From contig CAZVGS010000001.1 of the NCBI GenBank assembly GCA_964627245.1, positions 153,256 to 217,255 on the forward strand: a stretch of 64,000 nt of DNA. Reading direction: 5' to 3'. The position numbers and the translations under genes are program-made. Position 1 is the first letter of the stretch. Every line of letters begins with the position of its first letter. The notes beneath the pieces are model-generated. The model was not told the origin of the DNA and ran no database searches. It saw only the letters and a program-made list of their open reading frames with translations. The stretch is from an uncultured Gammaproteobacteria bacterium. Its GTDB lineage: Bacteria; Patescibacteriota; Microgenomatia; Levybacterales; GWA1-39-11. Positions 16,330 through 30,263 of the stretch are shown one piece after another.

Positions 16330-19300
16330 ATGGCAGAATTTGTCCACCTACATAACCATTCCGAGTATTCATTGCTTGACGGACTGTCAAGAATTGATCC
16401 AATGGTAGAGCATGCAAAAAAACTAGGCATGAAAGCAATGGCTATTACTGATCATGGAAATTTGTACGGAACAATTAAATTTTACAAGAAATGCATTGAC
16501 GAGGGAATAAAACCTATTATTGGATGTGAAATTTATGTAGCAAGAAGAAATCTGCATGATAAAGAGGCGGGCGTTGATAAAGATTACAATCACTTAATAC
16601 TTCTCGCAAAGGACAATGAAGGTTATAAGAACTTAATGAAGATAATTACCATATCGCACTTAGAAGGATATTACTACAAACCAAGAACTGATCTAAACCT
16701 TCTCAAAAAATATAGTAAGGGATTGATTTGTTTGACTGCATGCCTTAACGGATTTGTAAGCGAACCCCTCATTACAGGTGATGAAAAACTTGCAAAAGAA
16801 AGACTTCAAAAATTAATAGATATCTATGGTAAGGATGACTTATATCTTGAACTTCAAAGACATATAAAAGTTCCCGGTCAGGAAGAACTGAACAAAAAAC
16901 TTATACTGCTGTCAAAAGAATTCAATTTAGGGATTGTTGCAACGAATGACAATCACTATATTTCAAAGGACGACGCTGAAGCACAGGAACTTTTGCTTTG
17001 CATAGGAACCCAAACAACACTCCTTGATGAAAACCGCAAGCTCTCAATGATCGACTCACCTGATTTTTACATAAAAACAGAAAAGGAAATGACTGAACTA
17101 TTTAATGACTTACCGGAAGCAATCGCAAATACTGTACAGATTGCAGAAAAATGCAATCTTGAACTGACTCTTGGAAAATGGATTATGCCGACATATGAGG
17201 TGCCTGAAAATCTGACGCCTGCAGAGTACTTCAAGAAAATGATCGAAGAAAGGCTGCCGTTAAGATACAAAGAAATAACAAAAGAAATAAGAGAGAGAGT
17301 AGATTATGAAGTTGATATCATCTTAAAGAAAGGCTACGAAACCTACTTTTTAACTGTTGCAGACTTTGTTAATTGGGCAAAAGACAGAGGTATTAGCGTC
17401 GGTCCAGGCAGGGGCTCTGCTGCAGGATCGGTTGTCTCTTACGCCTTAAGGATAACCGACGTTGATCCATTCTATTTCAATTTACCTTTTGAACGATTTC
17501 TAAATCCTCAAAGACCCTCAGCGCCCGATATTGACCTTGATTTCGCGGATACCAGACGGGATGAAGTAATAGAATATGTAACTGAAAAGTACGGCAGAGA
17601 TAAGGTTGCGCAAATAATCACTTTCGGAACAATGGAAGCAAGAGGATCCGTTAGAGACGCTGGACGTGCATTGGGTATGCCTTATGCACAGCCTGATAGA
17701 ATTGCAAAAATGATACCTCCGGGCTGGCAGGGACATCACATGACAATTGATCTTGCACTTCAGCAAAGCAGTGAACTGAAAGCCGTATATAATTCGGAAC
17801 CCGAAACAAAGAGACTATTGGATATCGCAAGTAAATTGAATGGTGTCGCAAGGCACGCATCTGTACATGCAGCAGGGGTTGTGATTGCGGATAAAGATCT
17901 CACAGAATACGTTCCTCTTCAAAAAGAAACGAATGGCGACAAAATTGTAACCCAATACGATATGTATACTGTCGGTGAAGACGGCGTTGGCCTTTTGAAA
18001 ATGGACTTTTTAGGTCTTCGCAATCTTACAATTATTCAAGAAGCGTTAAGATTTATAAAGGAAAATCAAAATAAAGAAATTGATTTTCAAAAAATTTCAT
18101 ATGAAGATGAACCAACGTACAAACTTTTAGCAAGCGGGGAAACAACGGGAATTTTCCAACTCGAGTCTTCCGGGATGCGCCGGTATATAAAAGAGCTAAA
18201 ACCTACGACAATATTTGACGTTATGGCAATGGTTGCTTTGTACAGACCTGGTCCAATGCAAAATATACCGGAGTTTATTTCAAGAAAGCACAATCCTTCA
18301 AGAATTTCCTACCCTGACCCAAGACTAGAGGAAATTCTTGCAAATTCCTACGGAATATTAACGTATCAGGATGATGTTCTTTTAACGACGATTGCGCTCG
18401 CCGGGTACACTTGGCTTGATGCAGATAAATTTCGGAAGGCGATGGGAAAGAAAATACCTGCAGAAATGAAAAAACAGAAAGAAACATTTGTACAAGGAGC
18501 CGTCAAAAATGGTTTGACTCAAAAGAAGGCAGATGAGATCTTTGAATTAATTGCTCCATTTGCGGGGTATGGATTTAACAAGGCACACGCTTCCTGCTAT
18601 GCAACAATTGCTTTTAGAACGGCTTATCTTAAAGCACACTACTCCGTTGAATTTATGACAGCCTTGCTTACAGCCGAATCAAGAGGAATAACTGGTCCTC
18701 AGAAAAATGAGAAAATATCGGTTGCGGTTGCTGAGTGCAAAAGGCTTAAGATTGAAGTTTTGGGTCCCGATGTAAATAAATCTAAGGCCGATTTTTCCAT
18801 AGAAGACAATAAAATCCGCTTTGGGTTGTCGGCGGTCAAAAATGTCGGCTCAGCAGCTATTTCTACAATTCTTGAAGCTAGAGAAAGCGGCGAGTTCAAG
18901 GATCTTGCGGACTTTTGCAATAGGGTTGACCTATCTAAGGTTAACAAAAAAACCCTGGAGAGCCTTATCAAGACCGGGGCATTTGACAAATTCGGGAACA
19001 GGGCCTCACTTCTGTCATCCGTCTCAAGCATTGTTGCATCAATTACAAAAAAAGCGGTAAAAAAAACGTCACCACAAGCGAGTTTATTTGGGGATTTGCC
19101 TGAAACAGTAGGAATTAAAATGGATGTTGAGATATTTGATATCGAAGACTTTACCAAGAGTGAAAAATTAATGTTTGAGAGAGAACTCTTGGGCTTCTTT
19201 TTAACCGACCATCCATTGAACCAAAAATTAAACTCTTTATTCGCCTTTACAACACACAAGATACCTGAACTTGCCGAAGTAAAAAATGGAAATAAGGTAA

Positions 19301-19542
19301 AAATTGGAGGCTTGGTTGCATCGATAAAAAAAATATTCACTAAAAGATCCAATGAAGAGATGGCATTTGTGGCAATTGAGGACAACTTGGGAGCAACCAT
19401 CGAATGCGTAGTTTTTCCAAAAATATTTGAAAGAACCAAAAGTTATCTGGTTAAAGATGCAATAGTTGTGATCGAAGGTAAATTAGATTTTAAGGAAGAT
19501 CTCCCGGTCATAATCGTTGATGGGGTAAGAATACTGAATTAA
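16330..19542 (+). CDS. dnaE: DNA polymerase III alpha subunit
   Basis: FVHLHNHSEYSLLDG, GPGRGSAAGS, PDIDLDF, LLKMDFLGL, YGFNKAH, clamp-binding QASLF and a C-terminal OB fold. No intein. Confidence 0.98.
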   Translation: MAEFVHLHNHSEYSLLDGLSRIDPMVEHAKKLGMKAMAITDHGNLYGTIKFYKKCIDEGIKPIIGCEIYVARRNLHDKEAGVDKDYNHLILLAKDNEGYKNLMKIITISHLEGYYYKPRTDLNLLKKYSKGLICLTACLNGFVSEPLITGDEKLAKERLQKLIDIYGKDDLYLELQRHIKVPGQEELNKKLILLSKEFNLGIVATNDNHYISKDDAEAQELLLCIGTQTTLLDENRKLSMIDSPDFYIKTEKEMTELFNDLPEAIANTVQIAEKCNLELTLGKWIMPTYEVPENLTPAEYFKKMIEERLPLRYKEITKEIRERVDYEVDIILKKGYETYFLTVADFVNWAKDRGISVGPGRGSAAGSVVSYALRITDVDPFYFNLPFERFLNPQRPSAPDIDLDFADTRRDEVIEYVTEKYGRDKVAQIITFGTMEARGSVRDAGRALGMPYAQPDRIAKMIPPGWQGHHMTIDLALQQSSELKAVYNSEPETKRLLDIASKLNGVARHASVHAAGVVIADKDLTEYVPLQKETNGDKIVTQYDMYTVGEDGVGLLKMDFLGLRNLTIIQEALRFIKENQNKEIDFQKISYEDEPTYKLLASGETTGIFQLESSGMRRYIKELKPTTIFDVMAMVALYRPGPMQNIPEFISRKHNPSRISYPDPRLEEILANSYGILTYQDDVLLTTIALAGYTWLDADKFRKAMGKKIPAEMKKQKETFVQGAVKNGLTQKKADEIFELIAPFAGYGFNKAHASCYATIAFRTAYLKAHYSVEFMTALLTAESRGITGPQKNEKISVAVAECKRLKIEVLGPDVNKSKADFSIEDNKIRFGLSAVKNVGSAAISTILEARESGEFKDLADFCNRVDLSKVNKKTLESLIKTGAFDKFGNRASLLSSVSSIVASITKKAVKKTSPQASLFGDLPETVGIKMDVEIFDIEDFTKSEKLMFERELLGFFLTDHPLNQKLNSLFAFTTHKIPELAEVKNGNKVKIGGLVASIKKIFTKRSNEEMAFVAIEDNLGATIECVVFPKIFERTKSYLVKDAIVVIEGKLDFKEDLPVIIVDGVRILN

Positions 19543-19562
19543 AAAGTCAATGTATATATGTA

Positions 19563-19591
19563 TTGACTTAAATTTTACTGTCGCTTACAAT
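19563..19591 (+). promoter_or_regulatory. Sigma70 promoter for the atp operon
   Basis: TTGACT-N17-TACAAT; 12 nt to the atpB ATG with no SD sequence. Confidence 0.7.
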
Positions 19592-19603
19592 TAGTACCGT
19601 CAA

Positions 19604-20795
<1,192 letters not shown>

Positions 20796-20819
20796 TTTTA
20801 GGATGTAAAAGATAAGACT

Positions 20820-21335
20820 ATGGAAATACTAAATCAATTTGGTTTTGATTTAAAACTATTTGTTGCACAAATAGTTAACTTTTTAGTGATTGCTTTTGTC
20901 TTTAAAAAGTTTTTATACAAGCCCATTCTGAGTATCCTTGACCAAAGGAAACTTACCATTAAAAAGGGTCTTTTGGATGCTGAGAGGGCGCAAAAGGAGC
21001 TTGAGAAGGCAGAAATCAAAAGCGAAGAACTTCTTAATAAGGCAAGTAAAGAAGCAGAGAAATTGATTGACGAAGCGAAAACACAAGCACAGGAAGCAAG
21101 AGAAGAAATGGTAGCAAAAACCAAATCGGATATTGAAAAAATGATGGCTGAAACCAAATTGCAAATAGATCTTGAACGAGAAAACTTCAAAAAGGAAGCT
21201 GAAGATTTGTCTTTGGAACTTTCAAGACAAATATTAAATCGAACATTAGGATCGTTATTTGACCCAAAACAAAAAGATATTCTAGTTAAAAAAGGTCTTA
21301 GCCTTATAGAACATGATAAACAAGCAAAAAATTAA
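20820..21335 (+). CDS. atpF: F0F1 ATP synthase subunit b
   Basis: AQIVNFLVI..KKFLYKPI..ILDQR followed by a coiled coil; operon position. Confidence 0.93.
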   Translation: MEILNQFGFDLKLFVAQIVNFLVIAFVFKKFLYKPILSILDQRKLTIKKGLLDAERAQKELEKAEIKSEELLNKASKEAEKLIDEAKTQAQEAREEMVAKTKSDIEKMMAETKLQIDLERENFKKEAEDLSLELSRQILNRTLGSLFDPKQKDILVKKGLSLIEHDKQAKN

Positions 21336-21663
21336 AAAATTAGCTCAAATTGCTGCTGAAAAGCCGCAAATACCAAGAGATGTCGAGGAATTCGTGTTGA
21401 CAAAAATGTCAAAGCAGGAGCTGAAGGATTTCTTAAAATACTTCAGACTTGAGCTTGATAAAAAGCGTGTCTATGTTGTATCATCAGACGCAATCTCAAA
21501 AGATAACTTGAACAGTCTTAAAAAGCAGTATGCAGACAAAGAACTTATCGAATCTCTTGATCAAACCATCGGAGGAGGCATTAAAATAAAAGACAATGAT
21601 CTTGTAATAGATTTTTCATTTAAAACATTTATAAATGACACAATTGAAAAAATTAAAAACTAA
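21313..21663 (+). CDS. atpH: F0F1 ATP synthase subunit delta (shortened, 116 aa)
   Basis: C-terminal [20 protein letters not shown] (OSCP/delta motif); between atpF and atpA. Confidence 0.8.
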   Translation: MINKQKIKKLAQIAAEKPQIPRDVEEFVLTKMSKQELKDFLKYFRLELDKKRVYVVSSDAISKDNLNSLKKQYADKELIESLDQTIGGGIKIKDNDLVIDFSFKTFINDTIEKIKN

Positions 21664-21665
21664 AT

Positions 21666-23179
21666 ATGAAAAGGGATGATTTTATCAATCAAATAGAAAA
21701 AAGGCTGGCAACAGTTCATTTTGATCCTAAAATTGAAAATGTGGGCAATGTTGAAAGTGTAAGTGACGGAATTGTACAAGCCACAGGCCTATCAAAAGTA
21801 GGATTTGGTGAAGAAGTGGAGTTTAGCAATGGAGTAAGAGGCATGGCATTCAATCTAAACGAAGACTCCATCTCGATAATACTACTTTCGGATAATCTTG
21901 AAATCAAGGAAGGCGATAAAATAAAAACGACAGGGAAAATACTGGGCATTAATGGGAACAGGGATCTAATCGGAAGGGTTTTGGATCCACTTCAAAACCC
22001 CCTGGACGGAAAAAAACTGGACACAAAAGGTGACCTCTACCCGCTTGAAAAAATTGCCCCCGGAGTAATCGAACGACAACCTGTTGACACTCCTCTAAAA
22101 ACCGGTATCAAAGCGATTGACAGCATGACGCCAATTGGACGCGGACAAAGAGAGCTTATTATCGGTGACAGAAATACGGGAAAAACGGCTATTGCAATTG
22201 ATACGATAATAAATCAAAAAAAGAAAGACCTTGGCCTTAAGAAAGTCATTTGTATTTATTGTGCAATTGGACAAAAAAGGAGCAATATCGCAAGAATTAT
22301 CGGCAAGCTTGAAGAAGAAGGAGCGATGGATTACACAATTGTGGTAGCCGCATCAGCATCAGATTCAGCAGCTCTGCAGTATCTTGCACCATTCACAGCA
22401 ACAGCCATTGGTGAGTACTTCATGGATCAAGGTGAAGATGTTTTAGTTGTTTTTGACGATTTTTCCAAACATGCATGGGCATATAGACAATTATCACTGC
22501 TTCTGAAAAGACCTGCCGGTCGTGAAGCGTATCCTGGTGATATTTTCTACCTTCATTCTAGGATTTTGGAGCGCTCGGCAAGAATGCAAGATAAGCTTGG
22601 AGGGGGCTCGCTAACTGCTCTTCCAATAATCGAGACTCAAGCAGCCGATAGCTCAGCATATATTCCGACAAATGTAATTTCAATAACAGACGGGCAGATT
22701 TATCTTGAAAATGATCTTTTCAATTCAGGCGTCAGACCTGCCATAAATACCGGACTCTCAGTTTCCCGGGTCGGAGGAGCTGCCCAGACTAAAGTAATGA
22801 AACAAATAGCAGGACCGTTAAGACTTGAGAGTGCACAGTTCCGCGAGCTAGCAGCATTTGCTCAATTCGGAAGTGACCTTGATGAAGCAACTCTCAGAAA
22901 AATTGAAAGAGGAAAAAGAGTTGCAGAAATTCTCAAACAACCGCAATATACTCCACTATCCGAGTACGAGCAGGTAATAAGCATCTATGCCGCCTCAACC
23001 GGATTACTTGATGATTTTCCGATTGAGAGAATTGCAGAATTTGAGGAGAAAATATTTGATTTTATTAAAATCAGGAATAAAAAACTGGTTGAAAGACTCA
23101 AAACTGGAGAAAAAATGGACGACAAAACGTCTGAAGAGCTTAAAAAGGTAATAGAAAGCTTTAAAAAAACTATTAAATA

Positions 23180-23180
<1 letters not shown>
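21666..23180 (+). CDS. atpA: F0F1 ATP synthase subunit alpha
   Basis: [39 protein letters not shown] and [10 protein letters not shown]. Confidence 0.98.
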
Positions 23181-25425
<2,245 letters not shown>

Positions 25426-25430
25426 GCATT

Positions 25431-25838
25431 ATGTTCCAATTTGCAATATTATCCCCCATTGGAGAAGCTTATAATGACACAGTTGATGAAGTTACACTTC
25501 CAACCATGAGCGGTGATATTTCAATACTTACCCACCATATTCCACTTTTTTCTAAACTTTCGGAAGGATTGGCTATTATTTCAAAGGGGGGAAGAAAAAG
25601 TTCAATTGCAATTCTCGGAGGTTTCCTTGAGGTCAAAAATGACGTAGTTACAGTTCTTTCCGATTACGCAATCAAAGCTGAAAACATTCATACCGCAAAA
25701 GCTCTTGAGGCTAAGAAGCAGGCAGAAAGTTTTTTAGTTAACAAACAAAGTACTGCAGATTTACTAATGGCAGAGAAGGAGTTGCAAAGGTCATTATTAG
25801 AGCTTAAAGTTGCTGATAAAATAAAACACCACACATAA
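25431..25838 (+). CDS. atpC: F0F1 ATP synthase subunit epsilon
   Basis: ILSP.G, LPTMSGDISILTHHIP, GGFLEV and a C-terminal helical hairpin. Confidence 0.92.
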   Translation: MFQFAILSPIGEAYNDTVDEVTLPTMSGDISILTHHIPLFSKLSEGLAIISKGGRKSSIAILGGFLEVKNDVVTVLSDYAIKAENIHTAKALEAKKQAESFLVNKQSTADLLMAEKELQRSLLELKVADKIKHHT

Positions 25839-25839
25839 T

Positions 25840-26568
25840 ATGCGCCGAAAACGGAACACCCGGCTTGCAAGAACAAGTGAACGGCAAAATAAAAGACAAG
25901 CAATTATTTTTGCTGCAAGTACTATTTTCGTAATTATAGTTCTTCTACAATTTGGACCCTTACTTATAAACGTTTTCGGAAATGCTGTATATACATTAAG
26001 AGGCGGTGATAACTCAGATAATAGTCAGATTACCGGAAATACGTTGCTTCAACCGCCAACGTTACTCGATATTCCACTGGCAACACAAAGCGCTAAAATT
26101 TCATTTTCAGGTGTTGCTCCAAGCAACGAGGGAATAATTGAAATTTACCTTAATGACGAGCTGGAGGAAGAGATTGAGCTCGATAACAAATCAAGCTTTA
26201 ATGTGGAAATAAGTGTTAAAAAAGGTAAAAATAGTGTTAAAGCAAGATATATTCTAGACACAAAGACAAGCCCGTTTTCCGAGGATATTTTTATAACCTA
26301 CACTACCGAAAAACCAAAACTTGATATTGCTACACCATCAGACGGCCAAACCTTTACAAAGGCCGACAAAAACATTAATGTTACCGGCAATACTGATCCC
26401 GAAGCAATTGTTACGATCAATAATTTTAGAGCAATAGTAGAATCTGACGGAAGTTTTAGCTATTTACTGCAGTTAAATGACGGCGAAAATCAAATTCAGG
26501 TAGTGTCAACAAATCAGGCAGGAGCAGTTGAGCAGAAGAATATTAAAGTCATTTATCAGCCTCAATAA
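25840..26568 (+). CDS. Membrane-anchored protein with two Ig-like beta-sandwich domains
   Basis: Basic N-terminus and one TM helix, then beta-rich repeats (V.KGKNSV; VTGNTDPEA.VTIN; L.LNDGENQI.V...NQAG). Confidence 0.7.
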   Translation: MRRKRNTRLARTSERQNKRQAIIFAASTIFVIIVLLQFGPLLINVFGNAVYTLRGGDNSDNSQITGNTLLQPPTLLDIPLATQSAKISFSGVAPSNEGIIEIYLNDELEEEIELDNKSSFNVEISVKKGKNSVKARYILDTKTSPFSEDIFITYTTEKPKLDIATPSDGQTFTKADKNINVTGNTDPEAIVTINNFRAIVESDGSFSYLLQLNDGENQIQVVSTNQAGAVEQKNIKVIYQPQ

Positions 26569-27739
26569 TATTCTTCCTAAACCCGATAACTAAAAACACC
26601 CATGAAATTATTGGAGTATAAAAAAGTGCATTCACAAAAAACCCTCCAATCAGAAGACTGACTAAGATACCGATTAAAAAAATGCCAAATTCTGCTTGTT
26701 CGTAAAAAAGTTCTTTATAAAGAAAGAAGTAACTCGCAACAAAAGGCGCAAACCCCAATATTCCGACGGTGGCAAATACAAAAATAAGACTATTGTCGCT
26801 TCCTGCATCCGCATTACTTTTCATCGAGCCAACGGTTTCCCTTGTAGAATACCGGAGCTGTGCATATCTATAAGCATTAAAGCCGGTTCCAAAATAAGGG
26901 TTCTTTTCAATAATTGTAAAAGCGTCTTTTAGAGAATCAAGCCTGTTTTGCGATGAAACCATTCTAAATGGGTTTGAGCCTTCTATCCTCGCGTCTGTGA
27001 ATAGCAAAAGAAAACCTAAAAGAACTATCAAAACCAGCAATATTTCCTTAAATTTTCTCTTTAAAATCATTATGCTTAATATTCCTGCAAGCAAAGCTAG
27101 AAAAGCCGTTCTTGAATAAGTTACATAAATCGCAACGAATGTGAAAAAGGCAATAAAAATATGAAAATAGGATTTACTCAAAGAGTTTTTCGAGATGTTG
27201 TAAATTAAAAATATAAAGAAGCAAACATAGAAAATTCCGGCAAAATTTGGATCCAGGAAAGTTGAAAACAGTCTGTATAAATGATTATCCCAACCAAGCG
27301 AGGTATAAGGACCTAAATCGTAAAAGAAAAAGTACTGTATAAAACCAAGAAAAAGAAACGCAGTGCCTGACAAGAGGATAGCTTTATTGATGTTAAAATT
27401 TCTTTCCGTAAAGGATGCAAGCATAATCAAGCTGATGCAGGCAAGATAACGTATCATATGCAAACTTGCTGTCAGCAAATTTATATCCTGGAAAAAATAA
27501 AAATTCAGAAGAAGACTTACAAAGCCGACCAAAAGGAAAATTAACTGAAATTTTATGAAATTGCTTTTCAACAGCAATCCGGTTCTTTCTTTTGCTTTGC
27601 TAAGTAAAAGAAAGAACAAAATCAGTATCACTATATCCAGCGGATTGACTGCAATGTTTGAACCTAAACGTAATCTAAATATTTGGCCAAGCGGAAAAAG
27701 TAAAAAGAATAGGTACGTAAACACTTTGATCAAGCTCAT
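26549..27739 (-). CDS. O-antigen ligase / Wzy-like family membrane protein
   Basis: Polytopic; RLFSTFLDPNFAG, TYSRTA, NPYFGTGFNAY and DNS..FVFATVGILG match the Wzy_C pattern. Confidence 0.85.
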   Translation of the reverse strand: MSLIKVFTYLFFLLFPLGQIFRLRLGSNIAVNPLDIVILILFFLLLSKAKERTGLLLKSNFIKFQLIFLLVGFVSLLLNFYFFQDINLLTASLHMIRYLACISLIMLASFTERNFNINKAILLSGTAFLFLGFIQYFFFYDLGPYTSLGWDNHLYRLFSTFLDPNFAGIFYVCFFIFLIYNISKNSLSKSYFHIFIAFFTFVAIYVTYSRTAFLALLAGILSIMILKRKFKEILLVLIVLLGFLLLFTDARIEGSNPFRMVSSQNRLDSLKDAFTIIEKNPYFGTGFNAYRYAQLRYSTRETVGSMKSNADAGSDNSLIFVFATVGILGFAPFVASYFFLYKELFYEQAEFGIFLIGILVSLLIGGFFVNALFYTPIISWVFLVIGFRKNIIEADK

Positions 27740-29310
27740 AACTTGTAGAGTTTAACATGTGTTTTTGTGTTTTGATATATTTCCTTATCAAAGCCGGACT
27801 CCATCTCACCGTTTCTTATCAGAACATATTTTGCTTCCTTACTATCTCTCCATTCAGGAAGCGTAAACTTAAAATCTGCATAGTACAAGTTGTGAATCCC
27901 TATAACCAAAACTTTATCGTTCTTAACAATTTGTTTAATTTCTCCATTCTCATCATAGAAATCACCAAAGTCAAAATTTAATTTTTGCATTAAGAATTCT
28001 TGTTTTGATTGTAAGCCGAGCACAACCGGCACATATTTCAAAGACGCAAAAAATCTGTAGAAGACTGCAGACATAGAAATTAAAACTATCGTTATAATAA
28101 ATATATTACGTGTTCTTTTGGTCTTAACCTTACTCAACACAATAACTGCCAGCAAAGTAATTCCGGGAAGGTAAGGAGTCAAGAATCGGGAACCTCCTGC
28201 TTGATCTGTAGCATGCCAGACGCCAATATAAGTTGCCAAATACCACATTACGACAGAAGAGAATACATAAATAATTATGGCTAAGTGTTTTTTTAGTCTA
28301 TTCCATAAAATAAATAGCAACGGCAATGCAATAATGTAAACGGGATTTATAGGATCAGGTGACAAAAGAAACGCAGAAAACACATTCTTAATAATTACTA
28401 GCGGGTTGAGCGACCAAATCTCCAATCCGCTTGGACCGTAGTTTGAAAAAACAGGATAAAAGGGGTTTTTTGTATAAAAGAAGGATACTATAAACCATGG
28501 CATGGGAATTAGTAAAGTTAAAAAAATAAAACAAAAAGCATTTTTTAATGAATACGTTAACTTTTTAGAACTAAAAAGAATAACCAGAACAAATGCAAGC
28601 ATTGATACTAAGGAAATTATCTTTACCGAAACAGCAAGACCCAATAGAACCGAAGATATTAACAAGTGTTTTCTAATACCTGTAACACTGAATTTAAGAA
28701 TATAAAATAAGGCAATGGTTTCATAGAATGTTCTTGCCATCTCGACATACGAAGAAGCCATGAGCCAAGCTACAACTAGGTTTGAATTAAATATAAGTAT
28801 TCCCAGTAGAGCCCATTTTCTCGACAGATAAAGTCTTATTAACTGATATAAAACAACAGAAGTTGTGACAGAAAAAAAGTATTGAACCATTTTGGCAGCA
28901 ACTTCTCCTCCCAACATTAATGATGGAATATACAGCATTTCCGCAAGTTTTGGCATAAGTGAATAATAAAAGAGATTACCCTCAATAAAATTTATTGCTT
29001 CTCTTTGAATAAATATTTTTGGAATAGTAAGGTGATACCATAAAGCATCAAATCCAATTTCTGGTCCCAAAACTCCAACAAGACCTGTCAAAAACAACGC
29101 TCCGGTTAAACCGATTGTTATTTTCTCAAGAGTACTTAAATTAGCAGATTGAATACTGATATTTATCGAGTAATTCCTAAATCTCCATATCAAAGAAATA
29201 CCTGTTAAAATACTAAAAACAAGAACAGGAAATGGCTTCAAAATCCCAAGCAAGCCTATTAACAAAATTCCGTATGAATATATCCCCAGAGTTAAAGCAA
29301 TAATTAGCAT
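27736..29310 (-). CDS. GT-C-fold (ArnT/PMT-like) polytopic glycosyltransferase
   Basis: PEIGFDALWYHLTIPK loop, SSYVE, GLAVSVK, NPFYP and RFLTPY, with many TM helices. Start moved to ATG 29310, which overlaps the upstream small ORF. Confidence 0.75.
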   Translation of the reverse strand: MLIIALTLGIYSYGILLIGLLGILKPFPVLVFSILTGISLIWRFRNYSINISIQSANLSTLEKITIGLTGALFLTGLVGVLGPEIGFDALWYHLTIPKIFIQREAINFIEGNLFYYSLMPKLAEMLYIPSLMLGGEVAAKMVQYFFSVTTSVVLYQLIRLYLSRKWALLGILIFNSNLVVAWLMASSYVEMARTFYETIALFYILKFSVTGIRKHLLISSVLLGLAVSVKIISLVSMLAFVLVILFSSKKLTYSLKNAFCFIFLTLLIPMPWFIVSFFYTKNPFYPVFSNYGPSGLEIWSLNPLVIIKNVFSAFLLSPDPINPVYIIALPLLFILWNRLKKHLAIIIYVFSSVVMWYLATYIGVWHATDQAGGSRFLTPYLPGITLLAVIVLSKVKTKRTRNIFIITIVLISMSAVFYRFFASLKYVPVVLGLQSKQEFLMQKLNFDFGDFYDENGEIKQIVKNDKVLVIGIHNLYYADFKFTLPEWRDSKEAKYVLIRNGEMESGFDKEIYQNTKTHVKLYKL

Positions 29311-29408
29311 ATTATTTTGCTGCAAACGATATGTTGAAAATAGATAAAAAGGATCAAAGCCATCCAAAAAATTATCAAGAAGTCTTTAAGTGAGATTTTG
29401 ATCTTCAT
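29304..29408 (-). CDS. 34-aa single-TM small protein (not in the ORF track)
   Basis: My translation: MKIKISLKDFLIIFWMALILFIYFQHIVCSKIIC*. Its stop overlaps the GT-C start (ATGCTAA), which suggests translational coupling. Confidence 0.55.
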   Translation of the reverse strand: MKIKISLKDFLIIFWMALILFIYFQHIVCSKIIC

Positions 29409-29429
29409 TAAGCTTATGCTAGAGATAAC

Positions 29430-30170
29430 CTAGTTCTTAAGAAATAATTTTGCTCTTACTAAAAATGAGTGAAAACTCATCATCATAGCGTAGATAAATC
29501 CCGGAGTTCCGTCTTTATATCCCTTATTAAGGATATAGTTTTTAACGAATTTTCCTATTGGGAAGGCAATTATGCTGATAGGCTTTACGGATTTACTATT
29601 TTCGTAGAGTTCATCAGCTCTGAGAGTTGAATAATCGTCGATTTCTTTTAAGAATTCGTAAACGCTTTGGTGAGGCACGTGTATGAGGGGGGAAGATAAA
29701 TCCTCAGTCTTTCCAATAACTTTCCAGGTCTCGTGAACTTTACCATGCCATTTTCCGCTTCCTTTTTTAGCTAATCTCAAAAGTCTAACTTGACCAACCT
29801 CACCATGCTTCAATTCAATTCCCCACATCCTGTCAATTCTTTTAATATAATATCCTGCATTTTCACTTTCGTTAATCTTCTCTAATATCTCGTCCCTTAA
29901 TGTGATGCTGACAATTTCATCGGAATCAATAAAAAGTACCCATTGTCCGCTCGCAAAGTTTAGAGCGTAATTTCTTTGACTTGCAAAATTATTATTCAAA
30001 TCCCTTACGTAGATTTTCGATGTAAAATTCTTACAGAGTTCAATTGTTCTGTCGGTAGAATTATCATCCACAATTATTAATTCATCGGCAAAGGAAAGTT
30101 TTTCCAAGCAATCAACTATCCTTAACTCATCATTATGTGTCAAAACTACGGCTGTTATCTTTTTGTTCAT
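29430..30170 (-). CDS. Glycosyltransferase family 2 (WaaE/KdtX-like)
   Basis: ITAVVLTHNDE, IIVDDNSTDRT, FASQRN, WVLFIDSDE, VHE and GYKDG..G. Start at 30170, 7 nt after a TAGAAT -10 box. Confidence 0.9.
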   Translation of the reverse strand: MNKKITAVVLTHNDELRIVDCLEKLSFADELIIVDDNSTDRTIELCKNFTSKIYVRDLNNNFASQRNYALNFASGQWVLFIDSDEIVSITLRDEILEKINESENAGYYIKRIDRMWGIELKHGEVGQVRLLRLAKKGSGKWHGKVHETWKVIGKTEDLSSPLIHVPHQSVYEFLKEIDDYSTLRADELYENSKSVKPISIIAFPIGKFVKNYILNKGYKDGTPGFIYAMMMSFHSFLVRAKLFLKN

Positions 30171-30263
30171 ATATACCATTCTATCTAAAACTTAGAATTC
30201 ATGCCACATACTGCCTGTACATACCAAAACAAGAACATTAGTTTGAAATCTGAAACGAAAATA

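Noticed and set aside
18699-19439. 246-aa minus-strand ORF
   Set aside because: Entirely antisense to dnaE, with no recognisable motifs; a codon-bias shadow.
16330-19542. Intein or intron in dnaE
   Set aside because: Length and motif spacing are normal, with no splice-junction or homing-endonuclease motifs.
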